From: Auanema rhodensis | Lineage: Eukaryota; Animalia; Nematoda | Assembly (NCBI GenBank): GCA_964057225.1 | Contig: OZ059896.1 | Span: 23,188,001-23,252,000 of the forward strand | Direction: 5' to 3' | DNA length: 64,000 nt | In this document: one piece after another, positions 26,201-41,200 of the stretch | Position numbering within the stretch: the first letter of the stretch is position 1 | How the letters are laid out: every line of letters starts with the position of its first letter | Notes under the pieces: model-generated | What the model saw: the letters and a program-made list of their open reading frames with translations, nothing else | What the model was told of the DNA's origin: nothing | Databases searched by the model: none | Translations under genes and position numbers: made by a program

Positions 26201-29200
26201 GTTCATGGTAACCATGACTTTGAAATTTACGTGAACTTTAATTTATGCTAATTAAATGTACACTTGATGTACACTTGGTATGTAACTCGCTTCACGTGAA
26301 AGATAAAGAGATGCGGTTTTCAAAATTAGATTCCCCATGTCCATATTAGTCTAAAAACAAATTTTTATTGATATTGGTTCATGGTAACCATGACTTTGAA
26401 ATTTACGTGAACTTTAATTTATGCTAATTAAATGTACACGTGATGTGCACTTGGTATGTAACTCGCTTCACGTGAAAGATAAAGAGATGCGGTTTTCAAA
26501 ATTAGATTCCCCATGTCAATATTAGTCTAAAAACAAATTTTTATTGATATTGGTTCATGGTAACCATGATTTTGAAATTTACGTGAACTTTAATTTATGC
26601 TAATTAAATGTACACCTGATGTGCACTTGGTATGTAACTCGCTTCACGTGAAAGATAAAGAAATGCGGTTTTCAAAATTAGATTCCCCATGTCCATTTTA
26701 GTCTAAAAACAAATTTTTATTGATATTGGTTCATGGTAACCATGACTTTGAAATTTACGTGAACTTTAATTTATGCTAATTAAATGTACACGTGCTGTGC
26801 ACTTGGTATGTAACTCGCTTCACGTGAAAGATAAAGAGATGCGGTTTTCAAAATTAGATTCCCCATGTCCATATTAGTCTAAAAACAAATTTTTATTGAT
26901 ATTGGTTCATGGTAACCATGACTTTGATATTTACGTGAACTTTAATTTATGCTAATTAAATGTACACGTGATGTGCACTTGGTATGTAACTCGCTTCACG
27001 TGAAAGATAAAGAGATGCGGTTTTCAAAATTAGATTCCCCATGTCCATATTAGTCTAAAAACAAATTTTTATTAATATTGGTTCATGGTAACCATGACTT
27101 TGAAATTTACGTGAACTTTAATTTATGCTAATTAAATGTACACGTGATGTGCACTTGGTATGTAACTCGCTTCACGTGAAAGATAAAGAGATGCGGTTTT
27201 CAAAATTAGATTCCCCATGTCAATATTAGTCTAAAAACAAATTTTTATTGATATTGGTTCATGGTAACCATGATTTTGAAATTTACGTGAACTTTAATTT
27301 ATGCTAATTAAATGTACACCTGATGTGCACTTGGTATGTAACTCGCTTCACGTGAAAGATAAAGAAATGCGGTTTTCAAAATTAGATTCCCCATGTCCAT
27401 TTTAGTCTAAAAACAAATTTTTATTGATATTGGTTCATGGTAACCATGACTTTGAAATTTACGTGAACTTTAATTTATGCTAATTAAATGTACACGTGCT
27501 GTGCACTTGGTATGTAACTCGCTTCACGTGAAAGATAAAGAGATGCGGTTTTCAAAATTAGATTCCCCATGTCCATATTAGTCTAAAAACAAATTTTTAT
27601 TGATATTGGTTCATGGTAACCATGACTTTGATATTTACGTGAACTTTAATTTATGCTAATTAAATGTACACGTGATGTGCACTTGGTATGTAACTCGCTT
27701 CACGTGAAAGATAAAGAGATGCGGTTTTCAAAATTAGATTCCCCATGTCCATATTAGTCAAAAAACAAATTTTTATTGATATTGGTGCATGGTAACCATG
27801 ACTTTGAAATTTACGTGAACTTTAATTTATGCTAATTAAATGTACACGTGATGTGCACTTGGTATGTAACTCGCTTCACGTGAAAGATAAAGAGATGCGG
27901 TTTTCAAAATTAGATTCCCCATGTCCATATTAGTCAAAAAACAAAATTTTATTGATATTGGTGCATGGTAACCATGACTTTGAAATTTACGTGAACTTTA
28001 ATTTATGCTAATTAAATGTACACGTGATGTGCACTTGGTATGTAACTCGCTTCACGTGAAAGATAAAGAGATGCGGTTTTCAAAATTAGATTCCCCATGT
28101 CCATATTAGTCTAAAAACAAATTTTTATTGATATTGGTTCATGGTAACCATGACTTTGAAATTTACGTGATTTTTAATTTATGCTAATTAAATGTACACG
28201 TGATGTGCACTTGGTATGTAACTCGCTTCACGTGAAAGATAAAGAGATGCGGTTTTCAAAACTAGATTCCCCATGTCCATATTAGTCTAAAAACAAATTT
28301 TTATTGATATTGGTGCATGGTAACCATGACTTTGAAATTTACGTGAACTTTAATTTATGCTAATTAAATGTACACTTGATGTACACTTGGTATGTAACTC
28401 GCTTCACGTGAAAGATAAAGAGATGCGGTTTTCAAAATTAGATTCCCCATGTCCATATTAGTCTAAAAACAAATTTTTATTGATATTGGTGCATGGTAAC
28501 CATGACTTTGAAATTTACGTGAACTTTAATTTATGCTAATTAAATGTACACGTGATGTGCACTTGGTATGTAACTCGCTTCACGTGAAAGATAAAGAGAT
28601 GCGATTTTCAAAATTAGATTCCCCATGTCCATATTAGTCTAAAAACAAATTTTTATTGATATTGGTTCATGGTAACCATGACTTTGAAATTTACGTGAAC
28701 TTTAATTTATGCTAATTAAATGTACACGTGATGTGCACTTGGTATGTAACTCGCTTCACGTGAAAGATAAAGAGATGCGGTTTTCAAAATTAGATTCCCC
28801 ATGTCCATATTAGTCTAAAAACAAATTTTTATTGATATTGGTTCATGGTAACCATGACTTTGAAATTTACGTGAACTTTAATTTATGCTAATTAAATGTA
28901 CACGTGATGTGCACTTGGTATGTAACTCGCTTCACGTGAAAGATAAAGAGATGCGGTTTTCAAAATTAGATTCCCCATGTCCATATTAGTCTAAAAACAA
29001 ATTTTTATTGATATTGCTTCATGGTAACCATGACTTTGAAATTTACGTGAACTTTAATTTATGCTAATTAAATGTACACGTGATGTGCACTTGGTATGTA
29101 ACTCGCTTCACGTGAAAGATAAAGAGATGCGGTTTTCAAAATTAGATTCCCCATGTCCATATTAGTCTAAAAACAAATTTTTATTGATATTGGTTCATGG

Positions 29201-32200
29201 TAACCATGACTTTGAAATTTACGTGAACTTTAATTTATGCTAATTAAATGTACACGTGATGTGCACTTGGTATGTAACTCGCTTCACGTGAAAGATAAAG
29301 AGATGCGGTTTTCAAAATTAGATTCCCCATGTCCATATTAGTCTAAAAACAAATTTTTATTGATATTGGTTCATGGTAACCATGACTTTGAAATTTACGT
29401 GAACTTTAATTTATGCTAATTAAATGTACACGTGCTGTGCACTTGGTATGTAACTCGCTTCACGTGAAAGATAAAGAGATGCGGTTTTCAAAATTAGATT
29501 CCCCATGTCCATATTAGTCTAAAAACAAATTTTTATTGATATTGGTTCATGGTAACCATGACTTTGATATTTACGTGAACTTTAATTTATGCTAATTAAA
29601 TGTACACGTGATGTGCACTTGGTATGTAACTCGCCTCACGTGAAAGATAAAGAGATGCGGTTTTCAAAATTAGATTCCCCATGTCCATATTAGTCAAAAA
29701 ACAAATTTTTATTGATATTGGTGCATGGTAACCATGACTTTGAAATTTACGTGAACTTTAATTTATGCTAATTAAATGTACACGTGATGTGCACTTGGTA
29801 TGTAACTCGCTTCACGTGAAAGATAAAGAGATGCGGTTTTCAAAATTAGATTCCCCATGTCCATATTAGTCAAAAAACAAATTTTTATTGATATTGGTGC
29901 ATGGTAACCATGACTTTGAAATTTACGTGAACTTTAATTTATGCTAATTAAATGTACACGTGATGTGCACTTGGTATGTAACTCGCTTCACGTGAAAGAT
30001 AAAGAGATGCGGTTTTCAAAATTAGATTCCCCATGTCCATATTAGTCTAAAAACAAATTTTTATTGATATTGGTGCATGGTAACCATGACTTTGAAATTT
30101 ACGTGAACTTTAATTTATGCTAATTAAATGTACACGTGATGTGCACTTGGTATGTAACTCGCTTCACGTGAAAGATAAAGAGATGCGATTTTCAAAATTA
30201 GATTCCCCATGTCCATATTAGTCTAAAAACAAATTTTTATTGATATTGGTTCATGGTAACCATGACTTTGAAATTTACGTGAACTTTAATTTATGCTAAT
30301 TAAATGTACACGTGATGTGCACTTGGTATGTAACTCGCTTCACGTGAAAGATAAAGAGATGCGGTTTTCAAAATTAGATTCCCCATGTCCATATTAGTCT
30401 AAAAACAAATTTTTATTGATATTGGTTCATGGTAACCATGACTTTGAAATTTACGTGAACTTTAATTTATGCTAATTAAATGTACACGTGATGTGCACTT
30501 GGTATGTAACTCGCTTCACGTGAAAGATAAAGAGATGCGGTTTTCAAAATTAGATTCCCCATGTCCATATTAGTCAAAAAACAAATTTTTATTGATATTG
30601 GTGCATGGTAACCATGACTTTGAAATTTACGTGAACTTTAATTTATGCTAATTAAATGTACACGTGATGTGCACTTGGTATGTAACTCGCTTCACATGAA
30701 AGATAAAGAGATGCGGTTTTCAAAATTAGATTCCCCATGTCCATATTAGTCTAAAAACAAATTTTTATTGATATTGGTGCATGGTAACCATGACTTTGAA
30801 ATTTACGTGAACTTTAATTTATGCTAATTAAATGTACACGTGATGTGCACTTGGTATGTAACTCGCTTCACGTGAAAGATAAAGAGATGCGATTTTCAAA
30901 ATTAGATTCCCCATGTCCATATTAGTCTAAAAACAAATTTTTATTGATATTGGTTCATGGTAACCATGACTTTGAAATTTACGTGAACTTTAATTTATGC
31001 TAATTAAATGTACACGTGATGTGCACTTGGTATGTAACTCGCTTCACGTGAAAGATAAAGAGATGCGGTTTTCAAAATTAGATTCCCCATGTCCATATTA
31101 GTCTAAAAACAAATTTTTATTGATATTGGTTCATGGTAACCATGACTTTGAAATTTACGTGAACTTTAATTTATGCTAATTAAATGTACACGTGATGTGC
31201 ACTTGGTATGTAACTCGCTTCACGTGAAAGATAAAGAGATGCGGTTTTCAAAATTAGATTCCCCATGTCCATATTAGTCTAAAAACAAATTTTTATTGAT
31301 ATTGCTTCATGGTAACCATGACTTTGAAATTTACGTGAACTTTAATTTATGCTAATTAAATGTACACGTGATGTGCACTTGGTATGTAACTCGCTTCACG
31401 TGAAAGATAAAGAGATGCGGTTTTCAAAATTAGATTCCCCATGTCCATATTAGTCTAAAAACAAATTTTTATTGATATTGGTTCATGGTAACCATGACTT
31501 TGAAATTTACGTGAACTTTAATTTATGCTAATTAAATGTACACGTGATGTGCACTTGGTATGTAACTCGCTTCACGTGAAAGATAAAGAGATGCGGTTTT
31601 CAAAATTAGATTCCCCATGTCCATATTAGTCTAAAAACAAATTTTTATTGATATTGGTTCATGGTAACCATGACTTTGAAATTTACGTGAACTTTAATTT
31701 ATGCTAATTAAATGTACACGTGATGTGCACTTGGTATGTAACTCGCTTCACGTGAAAGATAAAGAGATGCGGTTTTCAAAATTAGATTCCCCATGTCCAT
31801 ATTAGTCTAAAAACAAATTTTTATTGATATTGGTTCATGGTAACCATGACTTTGAAATTTACGTGAACTTTAATTTATGCTAATTAAATGTACACGTGAT
31901 GTGCACTTGGTATGTAACTCGCTTCACGTGAAAGATAAAGAGATGCGGTTTTCAAAATTAGATTCCCCATGTCCATATTAGTCTAAAAACAAATTTTTAT
32001 TGATATTGCTTCATGGTAACCATGACTTTGAAATTTACGTGAACTTTAATTTATGCTAATTAAATGTACACGTGATGTGCACTTGGTATGTAACTCGCTT
32101 CACGTGAAAGATAAAGAGATGCGGTTTTCAAAATTAGATTCCCCATGTCCATATTAGTCTAAAAACAAATTTTTATTGATATTGGTGCATGGTAACCATG

Positions 32201-35200
32201 ACTTTGAAATTTACGTGAACTTTAATTTATGCTAATTAAATGTACACGTGATGTGCACTCGGTATGTAACTCGCTTCACGTGAAAGATAAAGAGATGCGG
32301 TTTTCAAAATTAGATTCCCCATGTCCATATTAGTCTAAAAACAAATTTTTATTGATATTGGTGCATGGTAACCATGACTTTGAAATTTACGTGAACTTTA
32401 ATTTATGCTAATTAAATGTACACGTGATGTGCACTTGGTATGTAACTCGCTTCACGTGAAAGATAAAGAGATGCGGTTTTCAAAATTAGATTCCCTATGT
32501 CCATATTAGTCTAAAAACAAACTTTTATTGATATTGGTGCGTGGTAACCATGACTTTGAAATTTACGTGAACTTTAATTTATGCTAATTAAATGTACACG
32601 TGATGTGCACTTGGTATGTAACTCGCTTCACGTGAAAGATAAAGAGATGCGGTTTTCAAAATTAGATTCCCCATGTCCATATTAGTCTAAAAACAAATTT
32701 TTATTGATATTGGTGCATGGTAACCATGACTTTGAAATTTACGTGAACTTTAATTTATGCTAATTAAATGTACACGTGATGTGCACTTGGTATGTAACTC
32801 GCTTCACGTGAAAGATAAAGAGATGCGGTTTTCAAAATTAGATTCCCCATGTCCATATTAGTCTAAAAACAAATTTTTATTGATATTGGTGCATGGTAAC
32901 CATGACTTTGAAATTTACGTGAACTTTAATTTATGCTAATTAAATGTACACGTGATGTGCACTTGGTATGTAACTCGCTTTACGTGAAAGATAAAGAGAT
33001 GCGGTTTTCAAAATTAGATTCCCCATGTCCATATTAGTCTAAAAACAAATTTTTATTGATATTGGTGCATGGTAACCATGACTTTGAAATTTACGTGAAC
33101 TTTAATTTATGCTAATTAAATGTACACGTGATGTGCACTTGGTATGTAACTCGCTTCACGTGAAAGATAAAGAGATGCGGTTTTCAAAATTAGATTCCCC
33201 ATGTCCATATTAGTCTAAAAACAAATTTTTATTGATATTGGTTCATGGTAACCATGACTTTGAAATTTACGTGAACTTTAATTTATGCTAATTAAATGTA
33301 CACGTGATGTGCACTTGGTATGTAACTCGCTTCACGTGAAAGATAAAGAGATGCGGTTTTCAAAATTAGATTTCCCATGTCCATATTAGTCTAAAAACAA
33401 ATTTTTATTGATATTGCTTCATGGTAACCATGACTTTGAAATTTACGTGAACTTTAATTTATGCTAATTAAATGTACACGTGATGTGCACTTGGTATGTA
33501 ACTCGCTTCACGTGAAAGATAAAGAGATGCGGTTTTCAAAATTAGATTCCCCATGTCCATATTAGTCTAAAAACAAATTTTTATTGATATTGGTTCATGG
33601 TAACCATGACTTTGAAATTTACGTGAACTTTAATTTATGCTAATTAAATGTACACGTGATGTGCACTTGGTATGTAACTCGCTTCACGTGAAAGATAAAG
33701 AGATGCGGTTTTCAAAATTAGATTCCCCATGTCCATATTAGTCTAAAAACAAATTTTTATTGATATTGGTGCATGGTAACCATGACTTTGAAATTTACGT
33801 GAACTTTAATTTATGCTAATTAAATGTACACGTGATGTGCACCTGGTATGTAACTCGCTTCACGTGAAAGATAAAGAGATGCGGTTTTCAAAATTAGATT
33901 CCCCATGTCCATATTAGTCTAAAAACAAATTTTTATTGATATTGGTTCATGGTAACCATGACTTTGAAATTTACGTGAACTTTAATTTATGCTAATTAAA
34001 TGTACACGTGATGTGCACTTGGTATGTAACTCGCTTCACGTGAAAGATAAAGAGATGCGGTTTTCAAAATTAGATTCCCCATGTCCATATTAGTCTAAAA
34101 ACAAATTTTTATTGATATTGGTGCATGGTAACCATGACTTTGAAATTTACGTGAACTTTAATTTATGCTAATTAAATGTACACGTGATGTGCACTTGGTA
34201 TGTAACTCGCTTCACGTGAAAGATAAAGAGATGCGGTTTTCAAAATTAGATTCCCCATGTCCATATTAGTCTAAAAACAAATTTTTATTGATATTGGTGC
34301 ATGGTAACCATGACTTTGAAATTTACGTGAACTTTAATTTATGCTAATTAAATGTACACGTGATGTGCACCTGGTATGTAACTCGCTTCACGTGAAAGAT
34401 AAAGAGATGCGGTTTTCAAAATTAGATTCCCCATGTCCATATTAGTCTAAAAACAAATTTTTATTGATATTGGTTCATGGTAACCATGACTTTGAAATTT
34501 ACGTGAACTTTAATTTATGCTAATTAAATGTACACGTGATGTGCACTTGGTATGTAACTCGCTTCACGTGAAAGATAAAGAGATGCGGTTTTCAAAATTA
34601 GATTCCCCATGTCCATATTAGTCTAAAAACAAATTTTTATTGATATTGGTGCATGGTAACCATGACTTTGAAATTTACGTGAACTTTAATTTATGCTAAT
34701 TAAATGTACACGTGATGTGCACTTGGTATGTAACTCGCTTCACGTGAAAGATAAAGAGATGCGGTTTTCAAAATTAGATTCCCCATGTCCATATTAGTCT
34801 AAAAACAAATTTTTATTGATATTGGTGCATGGTAACCATGACTTTGAAATTTACGTGAACTTTAATTTATGCTAATTAAATGTACACGTGATGTGCACTT
34901 GGTATGTAACTCGCTTCACGTGAAAGATAAAGAGATGCGGTTTTCAAAATTAGATTCCCCATGTCCATATTAGTCTAAAAACAAATTTTTATTGATATTG
35001 GTTCATGGTAACCATGACTTTGAAATTTACGTGAACTTTAATTTATGCTAATTAAATGTACACGTGATGTGCACTTGGTATGTAACTCGCTTCACGTGAA
35101 AGATAAAGAGATGCGGTTTTCAAAATTAGATTCCCCATATCCATATTAGTCTAAAAACAAATTTTTATTGATATTGGTGCATGGTAACCATGACTTTGAA

Positions 35201-38200
35201 TTTTACGTGAACTTTAATTTATGCTAATTAAATGTACACGTGATGTGCACTTGGTATGTAACTCGCTTCACGTGAAAGATAAAGAGATGCGATTTTCAAA
35301 ATTAGATTCCCCATGTCCATATTAGTCTAAAAACAAATTTTTATTGATATTGGTTCATGGTAACCATGACTTTGAAATTTACGTGAACTTTAATTTATGC
35401 TAATTAAATGTACACGTGATGTGCACTTGGTATGTAACTCGCTTCACGTGAAAGATAAAGAGATGCGATTTTCAAAATTAGATTCCCCATGTCCATATTA
35501 GTCTAAAAACAAATTTTTATTGATATTGGTTCATGGTAACCATGACTTTGAAATTTACGTGAACTTTAATTTATGCTAATTAAATGTACACGTGATGTGC
35601 ACTTGGTATGTAACTCGCTTCACGTTAAAGATAAAGAGATGCGGTTTTCAAAATTAGATTCCCCATGTCCATATTAGTCTAAAAACAAATTTTTATTGAT
35701 ATTGTTTCATGGTAACCATGACTTTGAAATTTACGTGAACTTTAATTTATGCTAATTAAATGTACACGTGATGTGCACCTGGTATGTAACTCGCTTCACG
35801 TGAAAGATAAAGAGATGCGGTTTTCAAAATTAGATTCCCCATGTCCATATTAGTCTAAAAACAAATTTTTATTGATATTGGTGCATGGTAACCATGACTT
35901 TGAAATTTACGTGAACTTTAATTTATGCTAATTAAATGTACACGTGATGTGCACCTGGTATGTAACTCGCTTCACGTGAAAGATAAAGAGATGCGGTTTT
36001 CAAAATTAGATTCCCCATGTCCATATTAGTCTAAAAACAAATTTTTATTGATATTGGTTCATGGTAACCATGACTTTGAAATTTACGTGAACTTTAATTT
36101 ATGCTAATTAAATGTACACGTGATGTGCACTTGGTATGTAACTCGCTTCACGTGAAAGATAAAGAGATGCGGTTTTCAAAATTAGATTCCCCATGTCCAT
36201 ATTAGTCTAAAAACAAATTTTTATTGATATTGGTGCATGGTAACCATGACTTTGAAATTTACGTGAACTTTAATTTATGCTAATTAAATGTACACGTGAT
36301 GTGCACTTGGTATGTAACTCGCTTCACGTGAAAGATAAAGAGATGCGGTTTTCAAAATTAGATTCCCCATGTCCATATTAGTCTAAAAACAAATTTTTAT
36401 TGATATTGGTTCATGGTAACCATGACTTTGAAATTTACGTGAACTTTAATTTATGCTAATTAAATGTACACGTGATGTGCACTTGGTATGTAACTCGCTT
36501 CACGTGAAAGATAAAGAGATGCGGTTTTCAAAATTAGATTCCCCATGTCCATATTAGTCTAAAAACAAATTTTTATTGATATTGGTGCATGGTAACCATG
36601 ACTTTGAATTTTACGTGAACTTTAATTTATGCTAATTAAATGTACACGTGATGTGCACTTGGTATGTAACTCGCTTCACGTGAAAGATAAAGAGATGCGA
36701 TTTTCAAAATTAGATTCCCCATGTCCATATTAGTCTAAAAACAAATTTTTATTGATATTGGTTCATGGTAACCATGACTTTGAAATTTACGTGAACTTTA
36801 ATTTATGCTAATTAAATGTACACGTGATGTGCACTTGGTATGTAACTCGCTTCACGTGAAAGATAAAGAGATGCGGTTTTCAAAATTAGATTCCCCATGT
36901 CCATATTAGTCTAAAAACAAATTTTTATTGATATTGGTTCATGGTAACCATGACTTTGAAATTTACGTGAACTTTAATTTATGCTAATTAAATGTACACG
37001 TGATGTGCACTTGGTATGTAACTCGCTTCACGTGAAAGATAAAGAGATGCGGTTTTCAAAATTAGATTCCCCATGTCCATATTAGTCTAAAAACAAATTT
37101 TTATTGATATTGCTTCATGGTAACCATGACTTTGAAATTTACGTGAACTTTAATTTATGCTAATTAAATGTACACGTGATGTGCACTTGGTATGTAACTC
37201 GCTTCACGTGAAAGATAAAGAGATGCGGTTTTCAAAATTAGATTCCACATGTCCATATTAGTCTAAAAACAAATTTTTATTGATATTGGTTCATGGTAAC
37301 CATGACTTTGAAATTTACGTGAACTTTAATTTATGCTAATTAAATGTACACGTGATGTGCACTTGGTATGTAACTCGCTTCACGTGAAAGATAAAGAGAT
37401 GCGGTTTTCAAAATTAGATTCCCCATGTCCATATTAGTCTAAAAACAAACTTTTATTGATATTGGTGCGTGGTAACCATGACTTTGAAATTTACGTGAAC
37501 TTTAATTTATGCTAATTAAATGTACACGTGATGTGCACTTGGTATGTAACTCGCTTCACGTGAAAGATAAAGAGATGCGGTTTTCAAAATTAGATTCCCC
37601 ATGTCCATATTAGTCTAAAAACAAATTTTTATTGATATTGGTGCATGGTAACCATGACTTTGAAATTTACGTGAACTTTAATTTATGCTAATTAAATGTA
37701 CACGTGATGTGCACTTGGTATGTAACTCGCTTCACGTGAAAGATAAAGAGATGCGGTTTTCAAAATTAGATTCCCCATGTCCATATTAGTCTAAAAACAA
37801 ATTTTTATTGATATTGGTGCATGGTAACCATGACTTTGAAATTTACGTGAACTTTAATTTATGCTAATTAAATGTACACGTGATGTGCACTTGGTATGTA
37901 ACTCGCTTTACGTGAAAGATAAAGAGATGCGGTTTTCAAAATTAGATTCCCCATGTCCATATTAGTCTAAAAACAAATTTTTATTGATATTGGTGCATGG
38001 TAACCATGACTTTGAAATTTACGTGAACTTTAATTTATGCTAATTAAATGTACACGTGATGTGCACTTGGTATGTAACTCGCTTCACGTGAAAGATAAAG
38101 AGATGCGGTTTTCAAAATTAGATTCCCCATGTCCATATTAGTCTAAAAACAAATTTTTATTGATATTGGTTCATGGTAACCATGACTTTGAAATTTACGT

Positions 38201-41200
38201 GAACTTTAATTTATGCTAATTAAATGTACACGTGATGTGCACTTGGTATGTAACTCGCTTCACGTGAAAGATAAAGAGATGCGGTTTTCAAAATTAGATT
38301 CCCCATGTCCATATTAGTCTAAAAACAAATTTTTATTGATATTGGTTCATGGTAACCATGACTTTGAAATTTACGTGAACTTTAATTTATGCTAATTAAA
38401 TGTACACGTGATGTGCACTTGGTATGTAACTCGCTTTACGTGAAAGATAAAGAGATGCGGTTTTCAAAATTAGATTCCCCATGTCCATATTAGTCTAAAA
38501 ACAAATTTTTATTGATATTGGTGCATGGTAACCATGACTTTGAAATTTACGTGAACTTTAATTTATGCTAATTAAATGTACACGTGATGTGCACTTGGTA
38601 TGTAACTCGCTTCACGTGAAAGATAAAGAGATGCGGTTTTCAAAATTAGATTCCCCATGTCCATATTAGTCTAAAAACAAATTTTCATTGATATTGGTTC
38701 ATGGTAACCATGACTTTGAAATTTACGTGAACTTTAATTTATGCTAATTAAATGTACACGTGATGTGCACTTGGTATGTAACTCGCTTCACGTGAAAGAT
38801 AAAGAGATGCGGTTTTCAAAATTAGATTTCCCATGTCCATATTAGTCTAAAAACAAATTTTTATTGATATTGCTTCATGGTAACCATGACTTTGAAATTT
38901 ACGTGAACTTTAATTTATGCTAATTAAATGTACACGTGATGTGCACTTGGTATGTAACTCGCTTCACGTGAAAGATAAAGAGATGCGGTTTTCAAAATTA
39001 GATTCCCCATGTCCATATTAGTCTAAAAACAAATTTTTATTGATATTGGTTCATGGTAACCATGACTTTGAAATTTACGTGAACTTTAATTTATGCTAAT
39101 TAAATGTACACGTGATGTGCACTTGGTATGTAACTCGCTTCACGTGAAAGATAAAGAGATGCGGTTTTCAAAATTAGATTCCCCATGTCCATATTAGTCT
39201 AAAAACAAATTTTTATTGATATTGGTGCATGGTAACCATGACTTTGAAATTTACGTGAACTTTAATTTATGCTAATTAAATGTACACGTGATGTGCACCT
39301 GGTATGTAACTCGCTTCACGTGAAAGATAAAGAGATGCGGTTTTCAAAATTAGATTCCCCATGTCCATATTAGTCTAAAAACAAATTTTTATTGATATTG
39401 GTTCATGGTAACCATGACTTTGAAATTTACGTGAACTTTAATTTATGCTAATTAAATGTACACGTGATGTGCACTTGGTATGTAACTCGCTTCACGTGAA
39501 AGATAAAGAGATGCGGTTTTCAAAATTAGATTCCCCATGTCCATATTAGTCTAAAAACAAATTTTTATTGATATTGGTGCATGGTAACCATGACTTTGAA
39601 ATTTACGTGAACTTTAATTTATGCTAATTAAATGTACACGTGATGTGCACTTGGTATGTAACTCGCTTCACGTGAAAGATAAAGAGATGCGGTTTTCAAA
39701 ATTAGATTCCCCATGTCCATATTAGTCTAAAAACAAATTTTTATTGATATTGGTTCATGGTAACCATGACTTTGAAATTTACGTGAACTTTAATTTATGC
39801 TAATTAAATGTACACGTGATGTGCACTTGGTATGTAACTCGCTTCACGTGAAAGATAAAGAGATGCGGTTTTCAAAATTAGATTCCCCATGTCCATATTA
39901 GTCTAAAAACAAATTTTTATTGATATTGGTGCATGGTAACCATGACTTTGAATTTTACGTGAACTTTAATTTATGCTAATTAAATGTACACGTGATGTGC
40001 ACTTGGTATGTAACTCGCTTCACGTGAAAGATAAAGAGATGCGATTTTCAAAATTAGATTCCCCATGTCCATATTAGTCTAAAAACAAATTTTTATTGAT
40101 ATTGGTTCATGGTAACCATGACTTTGAAATTTACGTGAACTTTAATTTATGCTAATTAAATGTACACGTGATGTGCACTTGGTATGTAACTCGCTTCACG
40201 TGAAAGATAAAGAGATGCGGTTTTCAAAATTAGATTCCCCATGTCCATATTAGTCTAAAAACAAATTTTTATTGATATTGGTTCATGGTAACCATGACTT
40301 TGAAATTTACGTGAACTTTAATTTATGCTAATTAAATGTACACGTGATGTGCACTTGGTATGTAACTCGCTTCACGTGAAAGATAAAGAGATGCGGTTTT
40401 CAAAATTAGATTCCCCATGTCCATATTAGTCTAAAAACAAATTTTTATTGATATTGCTTCATGGTAACCATGACTTTGAAATTTACGTGAACTTTAATTT
40501 ATGCTAATTAAATGTACACGTGATGTGCACTTGGTATGTAACTCGCTTCACGTGAAAGATAAAGAGATGCGGTTTTCAAAATTAGATTTCCCATGTCCAT
40601 ATTAGTCTAAAAACAAATTTTTATTGATATTGCTTCATGGTAACCATGACTTTGAATTTTACGTGAACTTTAATTTATGCTAATTAAATGTACACGTGAT
40701 GTGCACTTGGTATGTAACTCGCTTCACGTGAAAGATAAAGAGATGCGGTTTTCAAAATTAGATTCCCCATGTCCATATTAGTCTAAAAACAAATTTTTAT
40801 TGATATTGCTTCATGGTAACCATGACTTTGAAATTTACGTGAACTTTAATTTATGCTAATTAAATGTACACGTGATGTGCACTTGGTATGTAACTCGCTT
40901 CACGTGAAAGATAAAGAGATGCGGTTTTCAAAATTAGATTCCCCATGTCCATATTAGTCTAAAAACAAATTTTTATTGATATTGGTGCATGGTAACCATG
41001 ACTTTGAATTTTACGTGAACTTTAATTTATGCTAATTAAATGTACACGTGATGTGCACTTGGTATGTAACTCGCTTCACGTGAAAGATAAAGAGATGCGA
41101 TTTTCAAAATTAGATTCCCCATGTCCATATTAGTCTAAAAACAAATTTTTATTGATATTGGTTCATGGTAACCATGACTTTGAAATTTACGTGAACTTTA

